Positions 38,801-51,273 of a stretch of DNA of 61,324 nucleotides are shown here, piece after piece (position 1 is the first letter of the stretch; each line of letters opens with the position of its first letter). The notes below the pieces were generated by a model, which searched no databases, was not told the DNA's origin, and saw nothing but the letters and a program-made list of their open reading frames with translations. The position numbers and the translations under genes are program-made. The DNA is from Halocafeteria seosinensis (lineage: Eukaryota): assembly GCA_001687465.1 (NCBI GenBank), contig LVLI01000685.1:1-61324 (forward strand), written 5' to 3'.

Positions 38801-41800
38801 ATGCTACGCTCCACATTAACACCGGTGGAAACCTGAACATTAGGGCACAAAGGTTTTTGGTCAGTAACAACGCAAATGCTACATTCGAGAGTAATATGCA
38901 CTTAAACTTAAATATCGACGATATGCGGATAAATGATTTCGGTAAGTTGCACTCTGTCGGCGATCACAAGATGAACTGGTTCGGAGATACTTTAGAACTG
39001 TGGAATAATGGGAGGATCGAAGGTGGCAACGAACCCACTATCAAGCTGAATGAAGGCTTGTACTTACGTAATAGGAGCTCACTATTCTTCAGGAAAGTCG
39101 CCCTTGTTAATAGTCCCATATTAGACGTGGCAGTAGCGGCAACCATTTCTGGTAGCAGGAGAGGCGAACTATCTTGTTCCGGTCTCGGTTCACCGACTCC
39201 ACTTTCAAAGCGTGGTGGGTCTCATGGTGGTCTAGGAACGCACGAGAGTATTGATGAAGCAATTCAAGGAAGCGTTGCTACTACTGTTCTCCCTGCATAC
39301 GGTGATGTTTTCCGACCTCTCTCATTAGGAAGTGCCGGTTGTAGCGGTGATCAAAGAGGTGGACGCGGAGGAGGAGCCATCCAATTGAATATATCGAGAT
39401 CAACAAGAATCGATGGCACAGTAGAAGTGAATGGGGAGGATAATCTGTAAGTTGCTATTCACTACTTATGCATTTAATTTCGTGGTCATGTTTTTGTATC
39501 CATGCCAATGCAGGTCAGGAGGTTCCGGAGGAAGCTTACTCATCGAAACAAAAATCTTGGCGAAGAGTACGGGGAGGCTAAAGGCAAATGGTGGTGATGG
39601 ACAGAACAACTACAACGGAGGAAGTGGTGGTAGAATTGCACTATACTGTGACCAAGCATTAGACGATGGAGGACTCGGTTCTTCCGACTTGAAGACTCCA
39701 TCTGTTGAAATACACGGAGGATCAAATAACCTTCGTTCTGGACCTGGGACATTTTACCGGCAATGTGATGCGCGCCAGTCGCGGGAATTATTCTCTGAAA
39801 ATAACGATGTAGAAGCCTCTGTTGCACGGGAAGCCATTATTGTGAATAGCAGAGCACGATTACACTTTGATCGTATGCGTTTTGACCGTCATGGGGGTGT
39901 ACGATGGATTCCAGATAATTTTGCAACCACTTCTGCAACTTTTTTTGTTATGCATCTAGAGGGTGATACTACTGGTGTTTGGAGTATTTCTCACCATCAG
40001 GTGGCTATGGTATCAGTTATAGCGTCTCCAGAAATGCTGCACTCATCGTCCTCGATTTCAGACAGTATCTCAGCAGTACCGTTTGGGCTGGAATTCTCGC
40101 ACCGCACGGGGAACCTCTCTCCTAGCGGATCCATCTCACGTTTTGGATATCACAACTTAACGCAGAAAGTGAATATGGACACAGTAAATATGAATGTACA
40201 AAAGCGGGCTGGTTTGATTACTCCACCAGAGGTCAACGTCTCCTTTACCGAGATGCTCATTGAAGGGTCATGGAATGGAGTGAAAGACTTGCACGTAGGA
40301 AGCTACGGCAGTGTCAAAGTGCGTGAAAGACGATCGCTAGCAGGATGGTACTATGCGTCCTTTACCATGGATGGAGAATCAAAGTTTGAGATAGAGACCA
40401 ATCATTCCCGTTCCGTAAGAGCATCGCATTTTGAAATGCGCGGGAACTCAATGCTGACTGCGCGAATCAGTTCGAAGTTCAATTTTTCTGTTCCTACACT
40501 ATCTTTGCTTGACAATTCCATGGTTCAGCTGAAACGGGCGGAGAGTAGCTACTTTGATGTACCAACGGTGGAACTGTGGAATGGAGCGTCTATTGATTTT
40601 GGGCGCAACGCAAAGATCGAAGCAACCACCATCGAGCTTCATAACTCTTCAGCATTTACATTCTCGAATTCCTCGTACATTTCGGTGGGATCTTTTTTCG
40701 TGGACTCAGATGCTGTTGTAACAGGAAGCGGCCGCGGTAAGCCTCCCTGTCGTGGGCTCGGTGCTCCTCAATCATCACGACTCGGGGCATCTCACGGAGG
40801 CCTGGGATCTAGTAAAGATACCGAAGAAGCCATTGCAGAAGCAGTAGGCCGTAACATCCTATCGTACGGAGATGTGCTGGAACCCACTTTGCCGGGAAGC
40901 GGAGGATGCTACATACAAAATGATATTGAATACGGTGGCCACGGGGGAGCAGGTATCGAGATTCATGCTTCCGATACTGTCAACCTGCTGGGAACTGTTG
41001 AGGTAGACGGACAAGATGCATCGGAGAATTCGTAAGTATATTACTCCTGTACCACATTGAAGCTAGAGTTGATGAATTGGAAGTTTGATTCCAATGCAGC
41101 GCCGGAGGCGGCTCAGGAGGGAGTGTACTAATTGAAACCACGAACTTGGCACACAGTCCAGGTGTGCTTTCAGCAAACGGAGGCTCTGGCCATTCAGAAG
41201 GTGAAGGTGGCGGTGGAGGAAGAATAGCTCTTTACTGTGCCCTGGTGGGTGACGCTCGCGGTATCGGCTCCTCGAATATGTCAAATAGCTTCCATTTCAA
41301 AGTGCATGGAGGCGAAAATGGGCAAAGCTCAGGTCGGTCGGGTCCTGGTACCCTTTATCGTCGTTGCGGAAGCCTGCAGGAAAGCGCACTCTTTTCCGAG
41401 AATGCTGGCTCATCAAAAACCGTCGAATCAATTATCGTCAATCCTGGATCTCGATTTCATATTGACAGGGTACGCCTAGAACGCGGAGCAGGTATTCGCT
41501 GGATGCCGAGCGTTTCGTATGCGAACCGTACAGTCTTTTCAATTTCAGAACTCGAAGGTGATGCGACGGGACGTTGGTCGGCTACGGACGAACAAATCGC
41601 GATATTGGGGACAACAGCTTTTCCGGATACTCTATCAGAGTTAGATCTGGACGACGCTGCAAAGTTCTCCGAGGATCTCCTTATTCAGCGCACTTCAGGA
41701 CTTCCATTGGATTACGATGTATCTGGAGGACGGTACCGCTTGCGGGAGTCGTATGCCTTAAACGGTGTGGATATCCGAGTTCTACGCCATAGCCAATTGA

Positions 41801-44800
41801 TCGCACCTCCTCTATTCGAGGTATGGTGTGTCCATTTGCATGTGTACGGAGAATGGGCTTCAACAGAGAATTTGACATTGAAAAGTGGGTCTGACTTGAC
41901 GATTTCCGGCACTGGCTCACACTCTTGGTCGATACCATCGCTCCAATGCCTTGACAACTCAAGTTTCAAGTTTAGTACCTCTAGCGAATTGACGATGAAG
42001 TCACAATCTATGGCGTTGTCAGGCAGTTGCCGAATGGAACTCAAAGCCTCAGACGTCAAATTTTGGGTAGCAAACTTTGATATGCAACGTAACTCCACTG
42101 CGAGTGTATTCAGTAACACCGATATTGGAGTACGTGGTGATACGCTAACAGTGGAGGGCAACTCTAGCCTCATGCTTAATTCGAGTTCGCACACGCGTTA
42201 TGAAGTCAGCTCCTTACGTATGTCCGAGAATGGAAAACTACGTACGGGAACGAACTCCTCATTTGACGTAGGGAATACTATAGAATTGAGAGACAAAGCT
42301 AGCCTTACTGTGCAAAGTTCGCTTACAGTTAACTCCTCTATAATGAAGCTCAGTCGAAACGCCAGCATCAATGGTACCGGAAATGGTTTTGGGCCATGCC
42401 GCAGGCCGAATTCAGTCAGCCATGTTGGAGGAAATCATGGAGGATTAACTCCCTCCAGTAGCGACACCGATTTTGCTGATCTGCAACCCGGTGGCGATGA
42501 ATTAGCGTTCCGTGATGATTTTGTAGACTTGAGCAACTGGAGAATACTAGACAATAGACTTGGTATATCGTCAAAATCATGTGATGGCCGGAGTGGAAGT
42601 ATGTTCGTCAGCAATAATAACGCAAATAGGCGTGTGGCTGCACATACCCTTTTTCGAGTTTCTAAAATTCGGCACTTGCGCTATCACTACTTTGAGACCA
42701 AGACCAGTAACGGTGGAGTTATCAGACTCATTAACGAAGCTGGGCAGAAGGAACTGGGTGTCGCCACGGACAATCCTCAACTGGAAGTTGAGCACAGAGG
42801 AGGTAGGACATTTGTAAACAGACCTAGCTTTAATTACAACGTTTGGGTTCGTGTGGATATCAATATTAATTGGCAAGATCTTAGCTTCCAAGTAACGTGG
42901 TCGCGCTCTGATTCAGGCCAGAAAATAGACTCTTTTAATGGAGGAATGAAAAGGGGATTGCCGATTAGGGAAATCTTTTTCGATAACTATGGTGGTAACG
43001 ATCTCAATATGTGGATTTGTGCTCTGCAATATACGGCCAGTGGGGCGCTCACTCTACCAGTCTATGGCGATGCATTTCATCCAAAGAGTGTGGGAACTGG
43101 AGGATGCGGTGGCAAGTTCGAAAAATCCGGATCTGGAGGAGCAGCTCTTCATATCATGGCAACCACTCGGATGACGATAGATGGAAACATAGAAATGGAT
43201 GGAGGGAACTCGTACAACAAGCAGTAAGTCGTAAATTCTTTGTTACAAGTACCAAACCACTAACTCGACGGTTAATCTTCTTCGTCCTATGGCGCTGCAG
43301 GTCTGGAGGGGGTGCTGGTGGCTCCATCCTCCTTGAAACTGATGAATTGACTTCCGCAGAAGGGTCTTTAAGTGCTGCTGGTGGGAATGTCACCGCACCA
43401 GGTGGCAGGGGAGAAGGTGGTAGTGGCGGGAGAATTGCTGTACGTTGCCAGCGTGTGATTGGCGAAAACAAAGGATTTGCCTCTGGTGTCGCTTTAATTG
43501 AGAATCATATACGCATCCGTGGAGGCCGCGATAGTAGTGGAGAGCACTTATCTGGTGCAGGAACTGTGTTTCGGCTGTGTGGGAGAGGTCGAGGAAAACT
43601 TTTCGCAGACAATACCAACAACAGGAAGTCGTCTGCTGCTACTGTAATTAATAATGAAGGCAGTCAGTTACTTTTAGAAGCATTGATCCTACAAGGCGGT
43701 GCAAGAATACTGTGGTGGCCTACTACCGCGAGAGCGAATAAGACCATCTTCCGAGTAGATTCGCTGGAAGGTGATTCCACTGGCGAATGGATCATTCCAC
43801 CAAACCAGTACGGCTTAATCGGAGTGAAGGAGAAAATTACAACGGAGAACCACACGGATAGTATCATCAACTCAACCGCTGGTGCCAACTTCGTCCAGCC
43901 TTTAGAGTCTACCGAGTCCATGGTCACCACATCTGATGCAACGTCCACGTACGTTTTCTTCACCGAATATCTACTTTCCAATGTCAATATAAACGTAGTG
44001 AGTGGAGGCACTTTAATAACCCCAGAGGATTTTACATTGACTGGAACTAATGTGTCAATGTATGGACAGTGGCCTAACCTCGAACATCTCTATCTATTCA
44101 ATCATTCAAAATTTATAGTTTCGGAAGCTGCTTTTTCTCTCAAAACATTGGTAATGAATGATTGGTCGAACTTTGTTATGAGAAATTCGCAGAGTATTGA
44201 CCTATCAATCAACTCCATGGCTATCAATGATAACGCCATTGTGAATATCAATAGCGAAACGGACATTCACGTGACGGGAGATAACCATGCATTTCGAGGG
44301 AACGCGGAAGTAATCTTTAACGCTACCAGTTACATTTGTTGGTTGGCAGGTACAGTATCCATTGAAGGCAGTAGTCGTGTAAACGTAAACTCTGATGAGC
44401 AAGTTTTGCGATCGAGGAGGTTTAGCCTCCGAAATCAATCTTTCCTTGACATAGGAAGGAACCCAAAATGGTCAGCGAGTGAGGAACTCATTTTAGCGGA
44501 TAGATCTACGGTGAACGTGTCAGGTGTTGCCACCATTTCCACGCACACTTTCCGCTTTTATGAAGGATCTTCAATCAACGGAAGTGCCAGAGGCCATGAC
44601 GGATGCAATGGACCAGGAGTACTGTCCAATGGAAGAGGAGGAAGCCATGGAGGCTTAGGGTCAAAAGAGCCAGTTGACGAGTATCTCGAGAAATCGAACA
44701 GCACGCCCGCCTATGGAAATTTCTTGTTTCCGCGAAGTCAAGGTAGTGGTGGCTCAAGTTGTACCTCCCATGAAGCGAGCCAGGGAGGTGCAGCAGTCGA

Positions 44801-47800
44801 AATCACTGCAAAGGGAGAAACCACTTTCTTGGGCACTGTTTCCGTTGATGGAGCCGATGCTTTCTCCGATGAGTACGTACTAATGGTACTTCATAGACTT
44901 GCCACATAATTGTATTATTCATATTTGTTGCGTGTATACAGGGCTGGCGGTGGCGCTGGCGGCAGTATTTTGGTAAACGTAAGTATCCTTGACCATGAAG
45001 AGTTTGGAACGCTCAGAGCAAACGGCGGTAACGGTGGCGCTAACGAAGCTCATGGAGGAAGCGGAGGTCGGATAGCTTTATACTGTCCCGAAGGCGGTCA
45101 CGATCTCGATACAAAACTCTTTGAAGCTCATGGGGGTATGTATGGAAATGACGACGGCACCGGCCAACGGTCTGGACCTGGAACGATACATCCAGCGTGT
45201 GGACAAGAATCGCGTAAATTGCTTATCGACAATCAACAGGCCACTCCGGGATTATCTTTGGATGCGATTATAACTAATAATGATTCACATATCCACTTTG
45301 ATAAATTGACCATACGAGGAGGGGGAGGCCTGAGATGGCTTTCGACCCATCCCTCTGCGAACAAGACAGTTCTTTCAATTACCTCCTTGGAAGGAGATCA
45401 AAGCGGTACTTTAAGCATCTCCGGTAACCAAGTTGGAATGATAAACGTCGATAACAAACGACGCTCTACCTCCACCAACGCAAGCGACGTCTTCCGGCTG
45501 ACCCAGAGCAGCAGCATTGATGCGGACGACATTCAGGTGCGAGAATATGAATGGCCAGAGAGCTTCTCACTATCAGACGTTGCTTTACGAGTTCAAGAAG
45601 ATGCCGCTATAATAACACCCCCTGATGTAACTGTGTCGGTCCCTTTACAGCTAATCGGCGAATGGTTTGGTTTGGAGCATCTGCGCCTCACGAGAGGATC
45701 TAATGTGACTATCTTCAATGAACCCAGTGGACGCCTAAACGCGAAATCATTAAGTATGTACGAAGATGCGGATGTGGAGTTCTTACGGACCGGAAACCAT
45801 GGTTTTGGAATGGAATTATCTCTGACCAACGTTAATCTCTACGGCAACAGCAGTTTCAGGATTAATTCAGCAAGTAGTCTTGCCTTGCGAAGTAAACAAA
45901 CCACTTTGGAAGGTAACTGCTCTATGTCTTTATCGGCTGCTTGGGTGACAGATCTTAACATTGACCTTTTTGATCTTCATGACACTGCGAACATCGACGT
46001 CGGGCAAGCGATCGCATTTCATGATGATTTCACTAGTCTGAAAAATTGGAATATTCACGATAATGATGTGCGCCATTCTGATGCTTCGTGCAATGGAGTT
46101 AGCGAAAGCATGGAAATTCGGAGTGGAGGAACGAAACCCACGGATGTTGCTACCTTGGAAATGATCAGCGCCAGGAAGGTCCGGTCGTTTTCGTACTATT
46201 ACAAAGAACCGAGCAAGAGTCATGGTGGAGGTATCCGCCTTTTGAACGACCGAAACGAAGTTGAAATGGGTGTAGTTACGGATAACCCTCAATTGAACGT
46301 TCATGATAGTAGTGGATTCAAGCATGTTCATGGTGGTCCGGACAATCCTCAGTATAACATTTGGATCAGGGTAAATGTCGAAATAAACTGGCAGGATGGA
46401 TCGTTCACTGTGGTATGGACGAATGCAGAGAGCAATTCTCAGCTGGCGGTAACTGAAGGAAGACTTCGTCAGGGACGACCAATCCAGCGAATTGGATTCG
46501 CTAACCATAATGCCGAAAAATGGCGACGGAGTGGCAATTTCTTCATGAAAATTTGTTCCTTCTCATTGGATTTTGCGGAAGGTTTACCAACGTTTGCTAA
46601 AATACCGGGTACACAGCGGTTCTTACACAGTGGTACAGAGATAGCAAATGACAATCGTAGTCGTGTGAATTTATCCTCTAACAGACTTACTCTGGCTGAC
46701 GAAGCAAGGCTTCGTTTTCTCGATCAGATTGCATTGAGTGTGTTCTGCTCTGATTTGCAGACAGATGGAAAAGCGCGAATCAACGTTGATCCCAACTCCA
46801 AGGGTAATTTTTCGATTGATAATTTGGTCCTCGGGAATGAAAGCACACTCTTCTCCGGTAACAATTCTCGTTTTAGTGTTTCGCAGGCATTTGAAGTAAA
46901 GGACGATAGTTTGTTGGCGGTGGAACATTCAGTCTCCATTTCTTCCAAAGATTTTTTTCTTGGGCCGAATGCCACTCTAACCGGAGCCGGTAGGGGATTC
47001 GCCGGTTGTGTTGGTCCCCATGGGTCCCTTAAACAATATCATGGTGGCTGTCATGGCGGGATAGGGTCCGTTGAAAGCATCGACCGACATGAGAATGCGA
47101 GTGTTTGCGCCTATGGTGACTTGTTTCAGCCATGGAGTGAAGGCAGTGGTGGTGCGAACTGTGGCTCAGAAGGGCACAGCAGAGGTGGAGCGGCCATTCG
47201 AATCACGACTACGGGAGATGCTAAGCTTGAGGGACAAATTGATGTTTCCGGGGCTAATGCGGAGGTCAACGCGTACGTATTGTATTACAGTAGTGTTGTC
47301 GCTTATCTACGGTAACGATGATAGTGTTTGAATTCCACTTGTTCATCTTTGCAGAGCTGGTGGTGGTGCCGGAGGGAGTATTTGGATAGATACCGAAAGC
47401 CTGCTCGGGACTTTGGGGAAATTCCGTGCGAATGGTGGTAACGGCCGAAGCAGTAAAGGTCAAGGTGGAAGTGGCGGCCGCATATCCATGTCTTGCCGCA
47501 AGAGCTTCACGGACGGTCGAGATGACGAACTGCTTTCGAAAGCCCATTATGAGGCTTTCGGTGGTTTATATGAGGGAGACGTGGCGAAATCTTCTCGTTC
47601 TGGCGCTGGAACGACCTATCTTAACTGCGGTGTTTTGGAGGATGTACTGCTTGTAGATAACGGCCATGAAAGCGACACGAGTGGAGAAACGCTAATTGTT
47701 AACAATGAATCGGCGATTTATTTCAATAGAGTGATCGTGCGAAATCACGCTCGGCTTCAATGGATTCCACATTCAGCTAACGGAAACAGAACGACATTTT

Positions 47801-50800
47801 CAATGCTAGCTCTTCGAGGGGATGAGACAGGCAGCCTAACCATACGATCAACACAGCTTGGTATTATTGATGCGTCTCATGTGGAGAGAGTGTCATCTGG
47901 CCGAAAACAGCAAAATCGTTTCCAGTTTCACGGGATGCTTAACAATAATCCAGCCGTCCAAGCAGAGACCGACCGCTCCAAGTATTATTTTGACCAAGAT
48001 TCCTTGCTATATGTCAAAGAAGTAGGCATTAGTGTTATAAATGGTGGGAAGCTTCTTACTCCTCCTTCCGTCACCACTGCAAGTCCTATGCGGATTGATG
48101 GCGTTTGGTTGGGCCTACAACACCTACGTGTTGTCGGCAAGTCTAGTGTCTCCGTTGCCCTGGAAGAAGATGAGTGGTCTTTAACGTCTCTTTCCATTGA
48201 GGACGAAGCATCTCTTGACGTGCAGAAGTCGGAACACCTCGACTTCAGAGGAATATCACTAACGCTCGTTAATGCGTCAACCTTGAAGATCGTTGGTAAT
48301 GACGTTTTTACGAATTTCAAGACAATGGTTGTGAAAGATGAATCCAAAGTGAACATAACGGCGAATAAAAATACCGCATTAGAGATGGCATCCCTTCTTA
48401 TGAACATCCGAACTTCGATGCATGTATCTTCCAATTCACATACGGAAGTTACTGCTTCCCACATAGACATGATGGACGATTCCGTGTTATCTTTGAAAAA
48501 CTCTACCGTTAACACAATCCAGCTGGAATCGCTGATATTATCAGAGAATGCACAGTTCGATGCCGGAGCAGGTCGAATATTGCTTGATGGGCTTCTAAGT
48601 TTGCAGAACATGAGTGTCATGGCAACACATGGAAACTTTACCATTGACACTTCAAGACTCACTATAGCCACCGATGCTGTTCTGAACGGAACTGCTCGCG
48701 GGTATGGACCGTGTCAAGGACCAGGGACTCCCGGCAACCCAACACCCCTTCGCTATGGTGCATCTTATGGTGGATTGGGAACAACAGATGTTCCAACGAC
48801 CATAGATGAACCATTCGCATACGGTGATGCTTTTCAACCCGCCTTACCTGGAAGCGGGGGATGTTCTTCTTCCGGAGGTCCCATGTCCGGGGGAGCGTAT
48901 TTACGCTTGGCAGTCCGTCTCAGCACTCGACTAGACGGAACTGTTGACTATAGTGGAGGATTCTCTGATGTTGAATCGTAAGTAGTATGCATAATGAAAT
49001 TGACTGAACGTACGAACTTTATCCGTTTTGAAATTCTGCTTTCATTGCAGTGTTGGTGGTGGTTCCGGTGGAGGTATTTGGTTTACAACGAAGACCCTAA
49101 GCAGCGGTCGTGGAATCTTTAAGGCTAATGGAGGAGACGGCCAGGCAGATAGTAACGGAGGATCAGGAGGTAGAATTGCCATCTATTGTCAGCAGAACGA
49201 GGAGGACGTAATATTTGCCGAAGCTTACGGCGGAAGCAGTTCCGACGGGTCATTTTCGGGGCCGGGCACCGTGTACATGGAATGCGTGTCTGAAGGCGTT
49301 GCTGAGCTACTCATTGGGGGCAAAAGCGCTAATCATGGCATTCTTTCCTACGCCATTGTGTTTGCACCTTTAAGAGTAGTTGGGCTCGACCGTGTCAAAA
49401 TGAGGAATGCCGGGTTACGCATACGTAGGAAACCCTCTGACCCGCACGAGGGACTATTTATTTTCGGATCGATAACCGGTGAAGGACCCTCAACCATTCG
49501 ATTGGCTGATGGAGTCATTGGCATCTTTGGAACTGTCTCCGGTGTGTCTTCTCCCGACCATGCTGATACGAGGGTGCAACTCTTAGAGGGAGGAAAGCGG
49601 ATGTTCTGGTCCGATAGTGTGGTCACGACGCAGGCAATAGATCTGAAAACATTCCGTTTACACTTTGAGGAAGGATCCAATGCAATTATGCCTCCCGAAG
49701 TTCGTGTGTGTGGTGGAGCCATCGTAAACACAGGCTCGCTTCAAGGCGCTACAAACTTGACGTTCTGTCCTGAAGACACTAATGGTGAAATCCTTGAGTT
49801 TCCGGTTGTTTTCGGATGCAATGACTCGTCCTACGCAAACTATAACCCTTTGGCAACGTTCAATGATGGATCATGTCGAAACGACACTTTAAAGGGATGC
49901 ACATATACTGTGGCAAGTGTAAGTCTAACATTGTGGCGACTTGTCCATGAACCATTCAATATATATTTACCTATTCGTGTGGATCAATCGCAGAATTTCA
50001 ATCCTTTTGCACAGGAGAATAACGGATCTTGCCGACTTCCAGCAGGTCTAATGGAAGGGTGCATGTGCAAACATGCGGTCAACTTCGTGCCAAATGCTGA
50101 CATCAATAGTGACCCTGAAACATGCGAATACTTAGACCTTCGGGAAGGTTGCGCCTACATAGCTGCCCTAAATTTTGATCTAGATGCTGAGACTGACAAT
50201 AGCAGTTGTCGTATCGGCTCTAAGGATGACTTGTTGAACAAAACTGTGACCATCGAAAACAAGAATGATGTCTTGAGGGACAAGATACAAACTGGTCGCC
50301 GACGAACTGACTACTTGAGCAGCTCGATATCGCGAGCTAGAGACGATATCACAAAACTGAAGGAGGACATAAAGTCTACTAAAAAGGAAACTCAAACTCT
50401 CGAAGGACAATTACACCAAATCAGAGACTCCATGAGCACCAAGAGAAATAAGGCTGAACGCATAGAGAAAGAAAATGCTGAGAAGCAACGACGGTTAAAT
50501 GAATTGCAAGCATCACTGAGACAACATGAAACTATACTGGAAACACCACGTCCTCAACCTACTGGCTGCATCCCCGAAGGTGGTGAAACGCAACTCATAT
50601 CCTTCAAAACGTTGAACTATAGCGTTTCGGCGCTTAGCAAAAGCGTACAAGTTAAATTGGCAAGGAATAAACTGTCAGGTTCGGGACTTCCTTCGGGAAA
50701 GGTAGTGACCATTCTAAAGACAATTGACAGAACGGCCAAAAAGAACGTGAATTATATGCCAACCGAAATGACAATAGCGTGGGAAGGACAAGAGGTAGAA

Positions 50801-51070
50801 AAAACCACCTCAGTCTGCATCATAGACAACCCTCACCGTTCTAAGACTATACGGTTCCAGTTAGAGTTATCTTCCTTTGGAGATGCAACTGACTCTATCG
50901 TGGTGGAAGAACCCCCTTCGCAGTTTGCAAACGTCTATATCGAACCGCCCCCTCCAGAACAAATGGAAATAATTAGTAATGAAGAAAGTCGCCGCCGATT
51001 TTGGTGGGCGTATTGGACCAAACGACTCGCACATGGATATCGTCCTGAAGATGCCGCAGAGCCGTCATGA
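29895..51070 (+). CDS. Gene B: giant secreted repeat protein (~6771 aa), paralog of gene A, with 11 Gly-rich/beta-solenoid modules, Cys repeats, coiled coil and Calx-beta-like domain
   Basis: Exons: 29895-30363, 30444-31092, 31156-32730, 32799-34382, 34454-37894, 37962-39446, 39514-41031, 41100-43223, 43301-44872, 44942-47272, 47355-48977, 49051-49918, 49994-51070. The 12 introns are GT..CAG, 63-82 bp. Spliced CDS is 20316 nt. Hydrophobic AITGALVLSILTLVVDA near the N-terminus is followed by a S/T/P-rich stretch. The start ATG is less certain than in gene A. Confidence 0.88.
49813..50215 (+). repeat. Four GC...N(Y/F)xPxAxx(D/N)xGSC-type protein repeats in gene B
   Basis: GCNDSSYANYNPLATFNDGSC, GCTYTVAS|NFNPFAQENNGSC, GCMCKHAVNFVPNADINSDPETC, GCAYIAALNFDLDAETDNSSC. 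Confidence 0.88.
50594..50946 (+). other. Calx-beta-like domain at the C-terminus of gene B
   Basis: ISFKTLNYSVS...VQVKLAR...KTIDRTAKKNVNYMP..MTIAWEGQEVEKTTSVCIIDN...FQLELS aligns with the gene A domain and the Calx-beta pattern. Confidence 0.75.
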
Positions 51071-51138
51071 GTGGTGGCTTTCCGTTACACAATTATATGC
51101 GTCATGAGTGGTAGCTTTCCGTTACACAATTATATGCG
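51063..51138. repeat. 37-bp tandem duplication spanning the gene B stop codon
   Basis: cgtcatgagtggt(g/a)gctttccgttacacaattatatg at 51063-51099 and 51100-51136, with one mismatch. Confidence 0.95.
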
Positions 51139-51273
51139 CAGTGCCACAAATAAATAGACAGGAATGCAATGTGTACTTATATTAATTACTACTTGCACTG
51201 TGGTGCAGGCTAACTTTCATTCGTATCGCATCCCCTAACTCCGGCAAGGAAGACCGAAAAAATGGTTCCTTGT

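Noticed and set aside
3948..49050. In-frame TAA/TGA right after most module exons as programmed readthrough or pseudogenisation
   Set aside because: This follows automatically from GTAAGT/GTGAGT donors in phase 2; the stops are intronic.
1851..51070. Reading the ~500-aa ORFs as operons or tandem arrays of separate genes, such as bacterial autotransporter or adhesin clusters
   Set aside because: ORF ends coincide with GT donors and the next ORFs resume after CAG 58-86 bp later. Splicing restores a continuous motif and frame. Only the first exons have signal peptides, and no beta-barrel translocator is present.
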